Source of the DNA: Cirrosporium novae-zelandiae
Lineage: Eukaryota
NCBI GenBank assembly: GCA_026023565.1
Contig: JAPETS010000015.1
Location: forward strand, 124,001 to 188,000
Direction of reading: 5' to 3'
Length of the DNA: 64,000 bases
A program made the position numbers and the translations under genes. The notes beneath the pieces were generated by a model. That model was not told where the DNA came from, searched no databases, and worked only from the letters and a program-made list of their open reading frames with translations. Shown here piece after piece: positions 13,248-25,837 of this stretch (positions are counted from its first letter, which is position 1; each line of letters starts with the position of its first letter).

Positions 13248-14778
13248 TTATCTGACACTCCCCCTATACCAAAAATAAATTTGGATTTTAGGTTTTCCAA
13301 TTTAGACGAGAGTTAGCAAGATGGAGATAGGTGGGTAGGGTGCGTAGTCCACCTATCTATTTGCCCGTCACTCACTCACTCATTTGCTCACCACCCAGGC
13401 CCAGGCTCAGGCCCCGCCCTCGGAGGTCTCCTCCTCGTCCGAAACTTCCCACTCACCATCTTCAAGAACTCCGCCATCAGCACCTGCAACCTCGAATCGC
13501 CTTTCCGCTTCATCCAGACAAGTACAATACCCAACACCACCACATCCACCAGCAAATGCCTGACGCTAACCCAAGCCAGCCACTTAACCCAGGCAAGCGC
13601 GGTGTATTTCCTACGCGCGCTCGTGATGGATTGGTATGCCTCCAGCTGCTCGCGCAACGCCGCGATCTCCGTCGTCGTCTTGAACAGCGCACGTTCCATC
13701 CGGCGGCGCCATTTGTGGTTTTCGGGTGAGGATGGGGGTGAGGATGTGGAGTGGGGACTGTGACGGTGGTAGCGGTGGTCCTGATGTGTATGTGCGCGCG
13801 CTGTGAGTTCCCGGATTTCTCCTTCTCGTTCGGATGGGGAGCTGTCTGGTGGGAGCGTGTCTCGCGCTTCTTTGAATTCATCTTCCTCGACCGAGACAGA
13901 CTGCGACTGCGAGGAGATTTCGGCTTCAACTTCGTTGCCGTGGCTGATGGGGCTTAGGACTCTTAGTCTTCCCCCTCCTCCCCCTCCACTTCCGTTTCCG
14001 CTGCTATTGTGACCACCGCCGCCAATACTGACATAACTGGGGTAGTGTTGTAATGGAGGCATGTCACCTCTACTATCGGTTTCTACAATGGGTGGTTCCT
14101 CGTTTGGTAATGGGTCGGGGCTGGAATTATCTTTTATTTGATCCCAGATGAACTCGAGTTCGGCTACGAGTTCGCGGGCTTCGGGTGTGGATGCTGCATA
14201 GCAGTGCATGGTGGATATTAAGGTTGGGATGTAAAGGCGTTTGGCTTCAGTACGGGAAATGGAGTGAAGGGAGTGCCAGGCGTCCCTGTTCAAAAGATAA
14301 GTTGATTAGCATAAATGAGAGTAAGATATTGAGGAAAGAAGGCAATATCAGTGAAAAAGTACCATTTTGCCTGTTCATCACGGATAGATTCTGTATCTCC
14401 TTCTGGGCGGCGCATAACTCCTTCGACGTCGCCCTCTGTTTGCAAGTAATGTTAAATCAGCTATTGCTATATATCGAAGCTCGAGGAAGCTCATGCGAAT
14501 ATTCCAATTGATGAGGATATCGTAGGGCTACGCACCCATGCTCTGCTTATATAGGCCATAAAGTTTTAATCGATCGGCGGGCGGGGGCTTCTGAGCCCCC
14601 ATGCGGGGGAGCTTGCGGACGGTGTTGAGGGCATGGACAAAGACGCGATCTGAGGATTAAAATATTAGATCTATGTGATGGTCCAAAGAAGAGAAGGGTA
14701 TTCATATTCTGCCAGGGGATGTGAAGAGAACCAAGTGGAAAAAATTGACTACTTACCGACGGAATCATTGACAGACAT
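13248..14778 (-). CDS. ATG37: Acyl-CoA-binding membrane protein, Atg37/ACBD5/AcbdA-like
   Basis: Spliced N-terminus MSVNDSV|DRVFVHALNTVRKLP...RLKLYGLYKQSM|EGDV...AKW|DAWHSL (ACB domain), then coiled coil (EIAALREQLE) and a C-terminal TM segment. The ORF stops at 13388 if unspliced; a likely last intron 13391-13264 (GTGAGC..GCTAAC..TAG) gives the end GWGSVR* at 13248. Confidence 0.85.
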
Positions 14779-15292
14779 GACTAGCTCCGCAAATCCGGAG
14801 CTCCTGAGATGAAATATCCAGCTTCCAATTCTTCAATCTAACTCCAAAAACATATCCAGCGCAGAATGGGGGGAAAATTAAGAATAAGGCGACACAGTGA
14901 ATGGGGATATTAGATAGACAGTAGATTGTTGTTTTGGTTATGTGCTATGCTAAGCTATTAGTTCCTGGGTTTCATTAATTAGTACGTTGTATATCAGACC
15001 GCATAAGAATAACCGCGGTCTATGGAAAATAACATCTAACGGTTTTGAGTATCGGTTCGGGGAGTATTTTCATCATCCACTCCCTCTCTCCCTCCCTCTC
15101 TCCCTCCCTTTCTCCCTCCCTTGACATATGACATTTGACATTAATTAATAGTGCATCTTTTTTTCCCTCTCTCTTTGATGGTGTAGATTGGTAGGCATAG
15201 TACCATAGTATTATAGTATCACAGCAGGGTACTCGAATTCAAGAGTAGAGAGGAAAACCCAACCTTCACATGTTCTGTAATTCAAGTTTCCA

Positions 15293-15326
15293 GTAACGGT
15301 AACGGTAACGGTAACGGTAACGGTAA
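15293..15326. repeat. (GTAACG)5 hexanucleotide microsatellite
   Basis: Five perfect GTAACG units plus GTAA. Confidence 0.9.
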
Positions 15327-16008
15327 TTAATGGTAATGGTATAGTTACATTTCAAAGATCCGACGTCATCCTACAAGTAGTCCATATCTAACGACCTAGG
15401 TAGACTATGCTCATTATATTATCTCAATCAAGGCCTCCCCAGCACGACTTGGTGAAATACCATCCTTGTTGAAACTTTGACTTCTTTAGATAATTAATTA
15501 CAAAATATTATTCTAACTTGGCCGCATTTATATGACCTTGTCCCTAACCCATGCTTGATTGAATATACATCCTGATAGGCGTACCTGAACCAAGCTAATA
15601 AACATCACGGCAATGCAAGGGACTGTGCATTCGCGGATATTATGTAGAAATAAATCAACAATGCTAATTATGGCTTTCTTTCAATCTTTTGGCCTTGTTA
15701 GTTGACTTGTGTGTTCCCCTTGCTATCATAATCTACATTTACCTACCAAGTATTGTCCATCTCCGGTTTCCATCACTTATATATATATACATCCTTCTCC
15801 AAAAACTCGCGTTTTTCATTTTTTAACAGCATTATTCTGACAATAAATTGATTTTCTCTTTCTCAAAATCAACAGTCTCGTCCGCCCTTGCTGGCATATA
15901 TTTCCCAATTCCCAATTCTCAATTCTCAAATCATATATCATATATCATATACCATGCAATAAATGAATGATGAATGCAATAAGTGAAACAAGGTGAATGA
16001 CATCCCTA

Positions 16009-17142
16009 TCATCCCAACCCCCCACCACTGCTTCCTCCCGTCGTTCCGAATCGACCTAGAAGTCTACGGTTGCAGAAATCCGCTACCTGTTGGTTTAATA
16101 AGCTGCGTCAGTATAGATGTTCATGTATCACACACCACCCCAGATCCCACCCCCGCAACAGCCACTAAAAAACTCAAAACCCCAAAACCTAAAACCAAAA
16201 AAAATTCAATTCACGAACCTTCCTCGGCGCCCCTCTACTGACCCAATCCCATGGTACCCGATATGTGCGCCCATCCTCCCACAAAATTTCATAATTCAAT
16301 GGTTCCTCGGTTCCATCCGCCCTACCCCTCACACTATATGCCACGACGGCCTTGACGTGCGATTCCCAGGCGCTGTCGCTGGGTGGGGATAGCAGGTTCA
16401 CCGGCATGTAGTTTGAGGTTTCGCTGGCGTCGTTGTCGTGGTCGTGGTCGTGGTCGACGCTCGGGCCCTCTGAGGGGGGTAGGGGTGGTGTGGTCGGTGA
16501 GAGGCGGAAGGGGTGCTGGTGTGGGTGGAGGTGGAGGGAGGATGAGGGGATGGGGAGACTGGTTGGAGGGAGGGGCGGTTTGTGATGGAGGGGGAGGCCG
16601 TTGGTGGGACCGGCTGTGGTAATTCCGTTGTTGTTTTCGTTGGTGGTTGTAGCAGTGTTGTTGCCGTTATTGTTGTTGGACGTGGCCGTGTTCGCAGCGA
16701 CGGCGCCCAAGTGTTCGAGGATCTTTTGTTTTTGAGGTGTTGAAGCCGGACTTTCCAGGTAGCTTTTCTCTTCTAGATTCCGTGAGTCCCGTCTGGAGAT
16801 GGGCCCGGGTCGATCCTGGAGCTGCGTCGAGCGTTGTTGTTGTGGGTGTTGTTGGCGGGGTGGAGACATGTTGCGAGGAGACGGGGAACAGTGGACTTTA
16901 TTTGAGTCTTTTGCTGCTGTTGCTGTTCGTCCTGCTGCTCGTGCTGTTGCTGCTGCGGGCGGGGCTGACGACGGGAGGGATGTGGAACCGGTATCTTTTT
17001 TGCTGCTGCTCTTATTATTGTGGTTGGGATCTTTAGTAGAAGAAGCGTGAAACGGGTTGGTCGTGGGATGTGAGCCAGACAGCGAACGGATCAGGTAGGG
17101 AATCTTGAGTAGGGACTTGACGCCGCTGTTCTTCTCGGGCAT
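16009..17142 (-). CDS. Low-complexity protein with C-terminal chromo-shadow-like domain; 5' end uncertain
   Basis: ORF 17142-16219, intron 16218-16087 (GTTCGT..TACTGAC..CAG), last exon VADFCNRRLLGRF...GLG*. The C-terminus SAWESHVKAV...LNYEILWEDGRTYRVPWDWVSRGAPRK|VADFCNRRL resembles the chromo-shadow pattern (WE..V..V...W.DG......CPQK.L.FYE..L). Confidence 0.55.
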
Positions 17143-18297
17143 TACTTTGTTCTTTTCATAGGCATGTTTGGCATGCGGTGCGGGTAACTGCAGTTGAAGT
17201 TTCGGCGAACATGTTCATTTTTTCTCTCTTGGGTTTTGAGGGGGCTTCTGGGCTGCTAGGGCTTCTTCGGTCCTGTATTTCTTGGCTGCTGTAGAGGATA
17301 AGGTGAGCGAATTACGTAGGATAGGGCGGGAGGAGACTGCAAGAGTGGAGGTCGGGGCTTGGGGAGGTTGGCAGTAGGGGAAATAATAACCTAAATATTT
17401 TTCCTTGAAACCATAGGCGTTCATTGTCAAGGGGCGATGAGATCATTAAACCGTAATTGGTTGGTGGGAGGTTGGCGAACCTGCATCAATAGTCTCAGCT
17501 ACCACAGTATGGGCTATGACTAGACTATTCGTTACTCACAATGGTTCATTTTGACTGAGAGCACGATTTTACGTGGCTATATGTTAGAACTTTGTGAGAG
17601 AACATGTAAGTAGTGGGAACTGGTTGACTCGATGAATGTTCTTTTGCTATGATTAATAGGAGAGTCATAGAGTAGGAACTGCAGTATCTAGCCCTATTCA
17701 CACGTCAACCCCATACAAATGCATCGAGTTCTCCAGCTTTTTTTTTCAAGTTTTTCTTCCTCGTATCATTTTAAACGAGTGTAAATAGTGGCTCCTCCGC
17801 TCTAAACCGGAATTCTTCAGATAATAATTGCCGTCTCATCATGCTGTCTCATATACCTGCATGATACTCGCGCCGATTATTTTTTGTGGAACCGCAATCA
17901 CGAGTTCATCTGAATCTGCGAAGTCAATATCGTCCATAACGTCCAACCAGTCCGAGTCCTGTTAATCCACGCATATAAGGATTATAAGCAAAGACCGCTC
18001 CTGATAAAATCACAACCATGACCCTGACCTTTGCACACCCTGACTTAATCCTCCATTCGCTGTCATGATTATCGTTTTTTCCCAGTTGTCCACAATAGAA
18101 AAGAGAAAACCAAGAACCATCAACGAAGCGGCAGGCCTCTCGAGACCCACATGAAAATAACGAAGTAAGTTACCTCCATTGCCTCCATTGCCTCCATAAG
18201 GACGCGTCTTAAAACAATCTGTTGTACAGTTGAAGAATCCTGCCAAAGCAACTCCAATCATCATGTCTTCGAGAGGCCTTCTGCAGAAATGTCGTTT

Positions 18298-20440
18298 TTA
18301 AGTATGAGCATTGACAACTGTCATGCCCGCCGATGGTGTTTGTGGGCCTCCTCTATTGCCCCTGGGTCCTCTTCCACGGTAACCTCCATAACCCCTTCCA
18401 CGACCATATCTTCCCCTCCCACGGCCTCTATAACCACCTCGGTAACCATCAACACTTCCTTGTCCAAATGTCTCCAGATTCTTCTTTTGTTCCTCTCCCC
18501 TCCATTCCCTCCCCCCAAGACGGTGTCCATGTGATTCCTCCCTATCTTTGATCTCACTCGAGAGATTGTCAAAGAATGACGTAGACTTATTATAGGTTGG
18601 AGCGGTCGATGTGTGGATACTATGATCACTATCCTTGCGTCCTGGGACTACAGCTGGATCGATACCATTGGCTATGGATTCCCCAGGAGCAGTGAGTGGA
18701 GAGCCACTTGCAATTGCTTCCTTGACCAAATCCTCCTTGTTAAATTTGGCATTGGCAGATTGGAAATCGAAGTCAGTCGCAGGGATTTCAACCTTCCTTA
18801 CTTCTTGCTGACGTCCTCCTCTATAATTACCACGGCCACGATGACCAGTCGGGTAACGTCCGCCATTCTGTCTACCCTGGCCCCGTGGAGCATCTGACGT
18901 TCGTAAATCATTCACCTTCTTAGTAAGATTATCAATCAATGTTTCCCCTTGCTGCGGCTTCTTTTGACCAGGCGCTGGTGGTAATTTAGCCATGGCTGCA
19001 GCAACAGCAGCAGTAGCAGCACGAGTCGCATCATCTACTGCATCTGCTGCTACCTTACTTGGAATAGAAGTAGACGTTGTAGGTATAGCTACTGTATCAA
19101 CGGACTTGGCCTCAGCTACCCCGTTCGTCTTTTGGGCGAGCTTTACTGGACCAGGAAGTGGAACAGCTGGAGCAATGCGAGTATTCTTAGGCCCAGTTGG
19201 GATTGGCTTTGAAGCTACGATGGCTGTAGGGACCGCCTGACTCGTGGATGTTGAAGGCCCAGCCAAAACAGAAGCGACATCGGGTTTTGATTCGATTGGG
19301 GGAGTTGGGGGAACAGGTTGTGGCTGTTTAGATGGCGCAGACTGCGGAGCTGTAGTCGTGTCGGGTTTACTTGCGGGCTTGACAGTTTCCATAGTAGCAG
19401 AGGGTTGGGACACCGGAGTTTGGCTCTTGTTGCTCAAAGGCCTAATTGGAGAGGGTTGAGAAACAGGTGGCATCTGAGGTGGCTGAGTATGGCTAGGCGG
19501 TGCGATGGGAGGTGGAGGTTGATTGAACGGTTGAGGTCCAGGTGGAAAACCCTGTCCTGGAGGGTACCAACCTGGTGGAGCCCCATATGGCATCCCGGGG
19601 AAACCAGGAGCAGGAGGAAAGACACCTGGAGGGCCACCTGGGGGACCGAAGCGCTGACCCGGAGGGGGGTAGTAGTAAGAGTATGGAGGTTGCTGTGGGA
19701 AGGGGGGAGGTTGAAATTGTCGATTTGGAGGTTGCGGAGGCATGCCTGGGTTCACCTGTGGAGATGGCCGAGGGCCACTCTGAACGTACACCAAGCCAGT
19801 AAGTCAGTATATACCTTTCTATCACGGGCGAACAAAAAGAATATGGTATGAGAATTAATCAGAAGGAAGGCAGCGGAAATATCCACATGGGTTTGCGCAT
19901 TCGGAACAGGTCTGTGAATTTACATCCGGACTGTTTCATCATTATAAAGAAGCAGGAGACAAAGCTCCCCTTCATGAAAATAAAATATTGGACTTACTCC
20001 GAGAATTGCGGGATCATTAGGGACTTGGGGAGGCTCAGGTGGTTCATTTTCCTTTTGTTGATCCTCAATGGTAATATCTTTCACGTCACTGCCTCTGAAA
20101 ACAATGTACTCGTAGATACTTGTGGAAGGTGGAATTTCATCTGCGGCATTGTTTCGCCGGCCTTCAGTACCATATGATTGAACGTTCTCGAGGGCTATGG
20201 TCGAGGCTTCGGGGTTGATTTCATGCAAGATACCAACATATCTAACATTTAGTTAGGATAAGATTCCGGTTCGACATGAATGTTATGCGATGGAAGATTT
20301 CGAAGGGAAATATCACATACCTAATGTCGCTCTTAGATATGAGGTTTAACCGTTTACTACCCTCATCGTCAGCTCATTTCGATCTATGTCAAGTTCCTAG
20401 CAACAGGGCTAACCAACCCTATCAAATGGTCCATGGACAT
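18298..20440 (-). CDS. SCD6: Lsm14/Scd6/Sum2 mRNA-decapping activator (P-body protein)
   Basis: Spliced LSm14 domain MSMDHLIG|KRLNLISKSDIR|YVGILHEIN...YEYIVFRGSDVKD. FDF motif DFDFQSANAKFNKE, FFD box SFFDNLSSE, TFG box NLETFG, and an RGG tail. Confidence 0.93.
19856..19946 (-). ncRNA. Intronic box C/D snoRNA with two 18S rRNA guides (snR56-type at D', snR52-type at D)
   Basis: Lies in SCD6 intron 3 on the sense strand. Box C ATGATGA 19942-19936. Guide TCACAGACCTGTT + D' CCGA 19917-19901. Guide GCTGCCTTCCTT + box D CTGA 19874-19859. The guides complement conserved 18S segments AACAGGUCUGUGA and AAGGAAGGCAGC. Confidence 0.9.
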
Positions 20441-20804
20441 TTTAGCGGTTAAACAGGCATAGAGAATGGGAGAGGTGTCAAGTTGGTTCCAGTATCAGGA
20501 AAGGTATAAGAGAGGTAAATTATGTGGGAAACTATGTGTGATCTTGTCGGGGATGGTTTGTGTTCCGGAAGGTACAAGCAGAGCTTTGCGGTTTGTTGAA
20601 AGCCCAAGCGCTTCGCTAAAGGTGGGCGTTTGCTCTCGGCTAAGGGACCGCACTTATTGCGCTTAGACATAAGCCTTACCTTATTAGACCTAGAGACGTC
20701 TAATTGATTCTCCGGCCTCGTTTCTTGTCACTATTCTTTTGAACCATCTGTACGCTAAGATCAAGTGATAAGGTCGTTTAACATCGTATACCCCCCAGTT
20801 AAAG
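20441..20804. promoter_or_regulatory. Short divergent (bidirectional) promoter region, SCD6 / PEX39-like gene
   Basis: Head-to-head start codons at 20440 (-) and 20805 (+). Confidence 0.6.
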
Positions 20805-21438
20805 ATGGACACACAACCACCTCCGAATGCCGGTGAACCAATTGACCATGCTGCTCTTTTTGAGAAATTAGAGAAATACCCTTGGGACTCTGATGAAGAG
20901 TTCCAATCTGGCCTTTCTGCTATTCTTGGCTCTAAGACGTCTTCAGACCAGCTGGAGGCTCTGACTATACGTGCAAGATGTTTTTATTTTTCCAGGTGCT
21001 ATGATCTTTCTCTTCTTCTGATTCCCCACTGACCATATACTGCCCTACAGGAAGTTTAACATACCCGTTGACTTTCCTTCATACTGTTCCTGGAGAAACC
21101 AGGAGAACCACCCTCCTACCATTTCCTCAGATTCCAATGGGCCCTCTACTCCATCTATATCCCGCATAGATAGTTCAGGAAATCAAATAACTGAAGCGCC
21201 TGGCCCCGCTACCTCACCTGATCTCGATCCTCCCTATCCTACATCATTTTCCCATATCGTTGACCTCATTACGACTGGAAAACCAATCCCAGGCATAGAG
21301 GATATTCCAGATATTGTTCTAGAGGGGCAAGGCCCACCAAGTGCGAAGCAAAAGAGAAAGAAGCCCTGGGAAAAGGATGATCATGATATGATGTCTTCTG
21401 GCGAAGGAGCACAGCCTGCGATTTTGTCTCGTTCCTAA
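20805..21438 (+). CDS. PEX39: KPWE-motif peroxin, PEX39-like (DUF5572 + KPWE domain)
   Basis: Exon 20805-20995, intron 20996-21050, exon 21051-21438. Product contains YPWDSDEEFQSGLSAIL...ARCFYFSRKFNIPVDF...YPTSFSHIVDLITTGKPIPGIEDIP...KRKKPWE. Confidence 0.8.
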
Positions 21439-22223
21439 CAACGGCGTCGAGTAAAAACGACCTTTATGTTAATATTGATGAAACTCGAGACATATAAGTC
21501 CGCCTTTTAAAGAATATAGTAAGTATGGGTTTAGTAGTCGAATAGAGATCCAAGTCAAGCCTGGGACTTTTCAATCTACAAGATCATTTTCACCTAATTG
21601 ACTATCGTAATCTAAGGGGCAAACGAATGTATTAGGGGTGCACGCGTGCTAGAATACATAAATAAAGACGGTCGGTTAGTCCAAGTCCATGGACATTAGG
21701 GAAACAGGATAAGGTCACATGTGTGTATCGCTAGCAAGCATGCAAAACATCGAGATCTTTCCCAGTCTCATTTGAAGGCCCACCTCCGGCTTAAGGACAA
21801 AGGACAAAGACAAGGATACACCAATCTGTTAACATGGTCAGAAGTTCTTTCCCGAGCCAAGTATTCCAAGCGACAGGGAGTAAAAGATCGCCCCCATGCT
21901 TTTCAGAAAGGTGCTAGAGTGCAGTATGTCGTTCCACGTTCCGCTCTTTTTTGAGATATCGTCATTTTGGGGATAAGATCGGAAAAGACTGTAATAAAAG
22001 GTAAAAATTCTGAAACCATGATACCGATCGTGGATGATTAGATATGCCAAATAAGGAAGACTGGGTAGATAGGTCGACCGAAAGCGACATGAGCTAAAGC
22101 TAGATTGGTCCATTATTCTGATGCCGGACCTTTCAATTATCAGCTATGGGGGAGTTGAGTAAAACACAGGAGCTTGGGGTATTTACCAAAGGCTTCATGA
22201 AAGTTGTGAGAGAGATCAAGTGC

Positions 22224-25114
22224 TCAGTATGGTCCCACATAGCGATTATTCCCTGCGAAGCGTTGAAGAGGCGGGATTCCGGCGCCGGGACCAGGGCGAG
22301 TAGTATGGGAAGGATTACTACAGAGCATTGCAACACGAGAACCAAATTTCGACCCACGAAGCGACACCATATGTTTGCTATAGTAACGTTAGTATTGGAA
22401 AAGCACTATGAAAGCGAAGACATTACCGAATGTGAGTTGCCACAACCTCGCGATGGTGTGCACTAGAGTGAGTCAAGATGTATTGAATTAGGTAGTTACC
22501 ATATTGGTCACTAGCAACTACGAACAATCAGTAAGAGACGATATACATTCATGAAGGATCAAACTTACTGTCGATAAGAGGCATGCGAGGACGGTCAGCA
22601 CGTCCAGTACAGACTCGATCAAGATAACGATCAAGAAACTCGTTACCACCAATTTTGAGGCACTTCTCAACGACCTTAGAAGCAAATTGGTCCATGCTAT
22701 ACTCAGTGGCGTAATGAAGAATATGTTCAATGGCCCGAGTCTGGTCTTTGGGAGATCCATGCTCACAAATATGTTGAATGCACCAGTTTCCAAACTGTCC
22801 ATGGGCGATAATATCGATGCTCGCAAGGACTTCCTCGATAGCAGGGCGCTATTCGAAACAGGTTAGCTACAGTTACTTCATTCGTCCTTTTGATGATAGC
22901 ATACCTTTTCCTCTTCAAGACAGTTCTCAAAGATATTCTGGACCACAAGACTACCAGTTTCTCCAAGAGCAACTTCATGCCACATCCCGCGAAGTGCACC
23001 ATTGACATGCTTCATGATCTGAGGAGGGGTATCTTTCCAACGAAGTTCGAATAACTTTTGCCAAACATGACAAGCATAGCGATGAATGACAGTCTCCGGG
23101 ATCCGACGAAGAAGTTCATGTACAAAAAGAGCCTTATAATTCTCTGGAACAGAGTCAAATGCCTTTTGGACTACATGACAGCCAAAAGCATCCATGCTCA
23201 AGGCAAGGGTGTTGCCGCGGATAGTTTCAGCAATAGCAATAATTTGCTCAGGAGTTCCATGTTCAAAGCAACGCTGGATGAGGAAGTTTCCAAAACGATT
23301 GACCATTAAATGGTACGCTTTATGAATGATTGATTCAATCACCTCGAACTTCTGTTCAGCACTACCAGTCTTGAGCTTTTGTTGGAGGAAGATAGAAGCT
23401 TGTTGGTCATTTGTATGAATGATTTTATCAACAAAGTATCCCCAGTTGCAGCTGACAGAGCGATCAAGAAGGCGCCTGTAATTAGGAGGTTCAATGGTAC
23501 TAACGAAAGACCTAGTTGGTGAAGGGGGTGCTGTTCCACTCCATACTGAACCAGTAGAGACCGTGCGGCTAGTAAACTCAGGCGCATATGGAGAAAGCTG
23601 AGAAGCGGCTTGCCTACCAGCCCAGCCATATGCGGTAGAAGGTGCGCCCATGTGATATCCACCAAAGGTATGGCTCCAATCTTCCACTGCCATCGGACCA
23701 AAGCGTTGACCATGAGCTTGGCTAACCGGAGACGGCATCGGTTCTTGAGGATAGCGACTGTCAAAACCAAATTGTGATGGTGGACCTGACATCGCGCGTT
23801 GCGGATTGCGTGGATTCACCATCTCACGGATAGATGCAGGAAGTGGCTGGCCAATGGGACCGAAGAAAGGCGCTGGGGCCCCGGTACTTGGAGTCTCCTG
23901 CTGGGCAAATTGGGTAGAGTTTGGTCCAACATTGAAAGCTCTAGCAGAAGGGTTCCAGATAGTGCTGCGTGCTGCATCGGAGGGGACACCCGCAGCCCCA
24001 TCTCGAGATGCGAAAGCCCATGAGTCTTGAGGGCCGGCTGATTGTCTGGCTACATTGACAGTCCGCATGTTTGTCATAGGAGGAGGCTCTGGATTATCAG
24101 AAGTGATAGAAAAGTCAGCCTCAGAAGTACCCATGGCCTCCTCCATAGTTCGCTGAATGTGGCGACTCTGGAACAGCTCCTGTTCGTGACGAGCAATGGT
24201 GGAATTTGCTTGACTAAGCTCCTGACGAAGGCGTTGTACATGAGGGTTGTTGTCTACCTCGACTCCGTCAATGTTTGGGATACGCTCTAGACTAGGAGGA
24301 GGCACCATGGCCATCATACCTATGCCCTGATTGGTTCCTGTGATCTGTGTATTGAGACTCAATTCAGGGCCACCCGAAGTAGTCATTATTGGTGCACTTG
24401 TTTGGACATTCATTGTAAGGTTTGGAGGCGCAGGGAACGGATGTAAATCACGCTCCATAGACATTTGTGGTTCTGCTGTTTCATGTGGCAATCCCGCAAA
24501 GATACTCGACACTGCTTCGCCAGTTGTCATGGGTGGTAGAGTAGTGGAGATCAATGAATCTCTCGCACTGGATCCCATAGTTGCTGATGCATTTGGAGTT
24601 CCACGTCCATGGCTTGAAGCAATAGAGTCCCCGGTTTCTTCATGAGTAGAAAGGTCCTTTTGCTTATTAAGATATGCCAAAAGTTTATCAACCTGATAAA
24701 CAGAGCGTCCATCATCGCGGAGAGAGCTTGTAGCTCGTGACATGGTAACAGAGTGATCGTTCTTTGGCTTCTATAGCTGTTAGCATTCGTTTCATCTCTT
24801 AGTTAACAAAGCCCGACCTTGTATGAAGATCCAGCACGAGATGGATTGCCGCCGAACTTGGATGGAGATAGAGCGAAGTCAGAGTCACTTCCAGTACTCA
24901 TGTGTTTCTTCCCCTTGAGGCTATTAGTTTCGAGAAGCAACGGGATAAGAAAGTAATTAAGAGAATGCCATCAGGATGGGTATAAGTGGGAACTTACTGC
25001 AGAGGAACGAGATCCACTGTCGCCTTGGTCACAGGCTTCAGCACAGTAGATAGTAAAGGGAGTAGAGTATTTACCCTTGCAAGAAGGAGAATCAACTGGG
25101 TTTAAGCTCGGCAT
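22224..25114 (-). CDS. Pumilio/PUF-family RNA-binding protein
   Basis: PUF repeats DQQASIFLQQ, NRFGNFLIQR, DAFGCHVVQK, HRYACHVWQK, GETGSLVVQN, GQFGNWCIQH, DQFASKVVEK, DQYGNYLIQY across several exons; the last exon ends ...RYVGPY* at 22224. Three small 5' exons are inferred from ATG 25114, so the start is less certain. Confidence 0.88.
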
Positions 25115-25837
25115 TGTGTCTTCATGGGTCTGAGAATGACTGTAGAGATCTGGGTGTTGGATTACTGAAAGATGATTATGGAAGAAGATGTGGGAGTTAA
25201 AGAAGAGGCAATGGATTTGAAGCTCCTGGAATAGAACGTCAGACAGCTGCCTTGGTAGTAAGCTCGTTCGGACAAGATTGCACAAGGAGTGTAGTAAGAT
25301 TGAAAAGAGTGACAGCTCTGTTTGCAAGATAAGAAGCGAGTGTGGGTGGAGAATAAGTAAGAAAGGAAGTTGGAAGAAGTAAGAGAACACACAGGAAATT
25401 GCACCTGCTGGAGTGAGTAGCTTAGGGCGCGTCGAAACAATACAAGTCAACAACGACCATCATAAAAGTCTAGTCGCGAAGATTTATCAAGGCTAATAAA
25501 TAAGGTAAGTAAGATGGATCTAGAGTTCAACTCAACTTACCGGTTAGACCCTACTGAATTTACCTCAATAATGGATTACACAACCTTTTCCCTTTTTATT
25601 TGTAAATAGTAAGAATCGAGGCAAAGGAATGGAAGTTTTAGGACGGGAGGGAGTTGAAAGAAGAGCAGGAGGTACTCATACATTACCAAGGGCTTTATAC
25701 GGGACGAAATCTCAGATCTACCTTATTCGAGTTTCAAGTACCGGGTTAAGCCTCACAATTCAGGTTCCATTCATCCTGTGATATGTTTATTACCTTAGGT
25801 AGGATCTGGGAAACTGGGTGAGGGACGACGCCCTCCT

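Noticed and set aside
15542..15550. CCCTAACCC, a telomerase-template-like 9-mer
   Set aside because: A 9-mer of this kind is expected by chance in 64 kb, and no supporting structure was seen.
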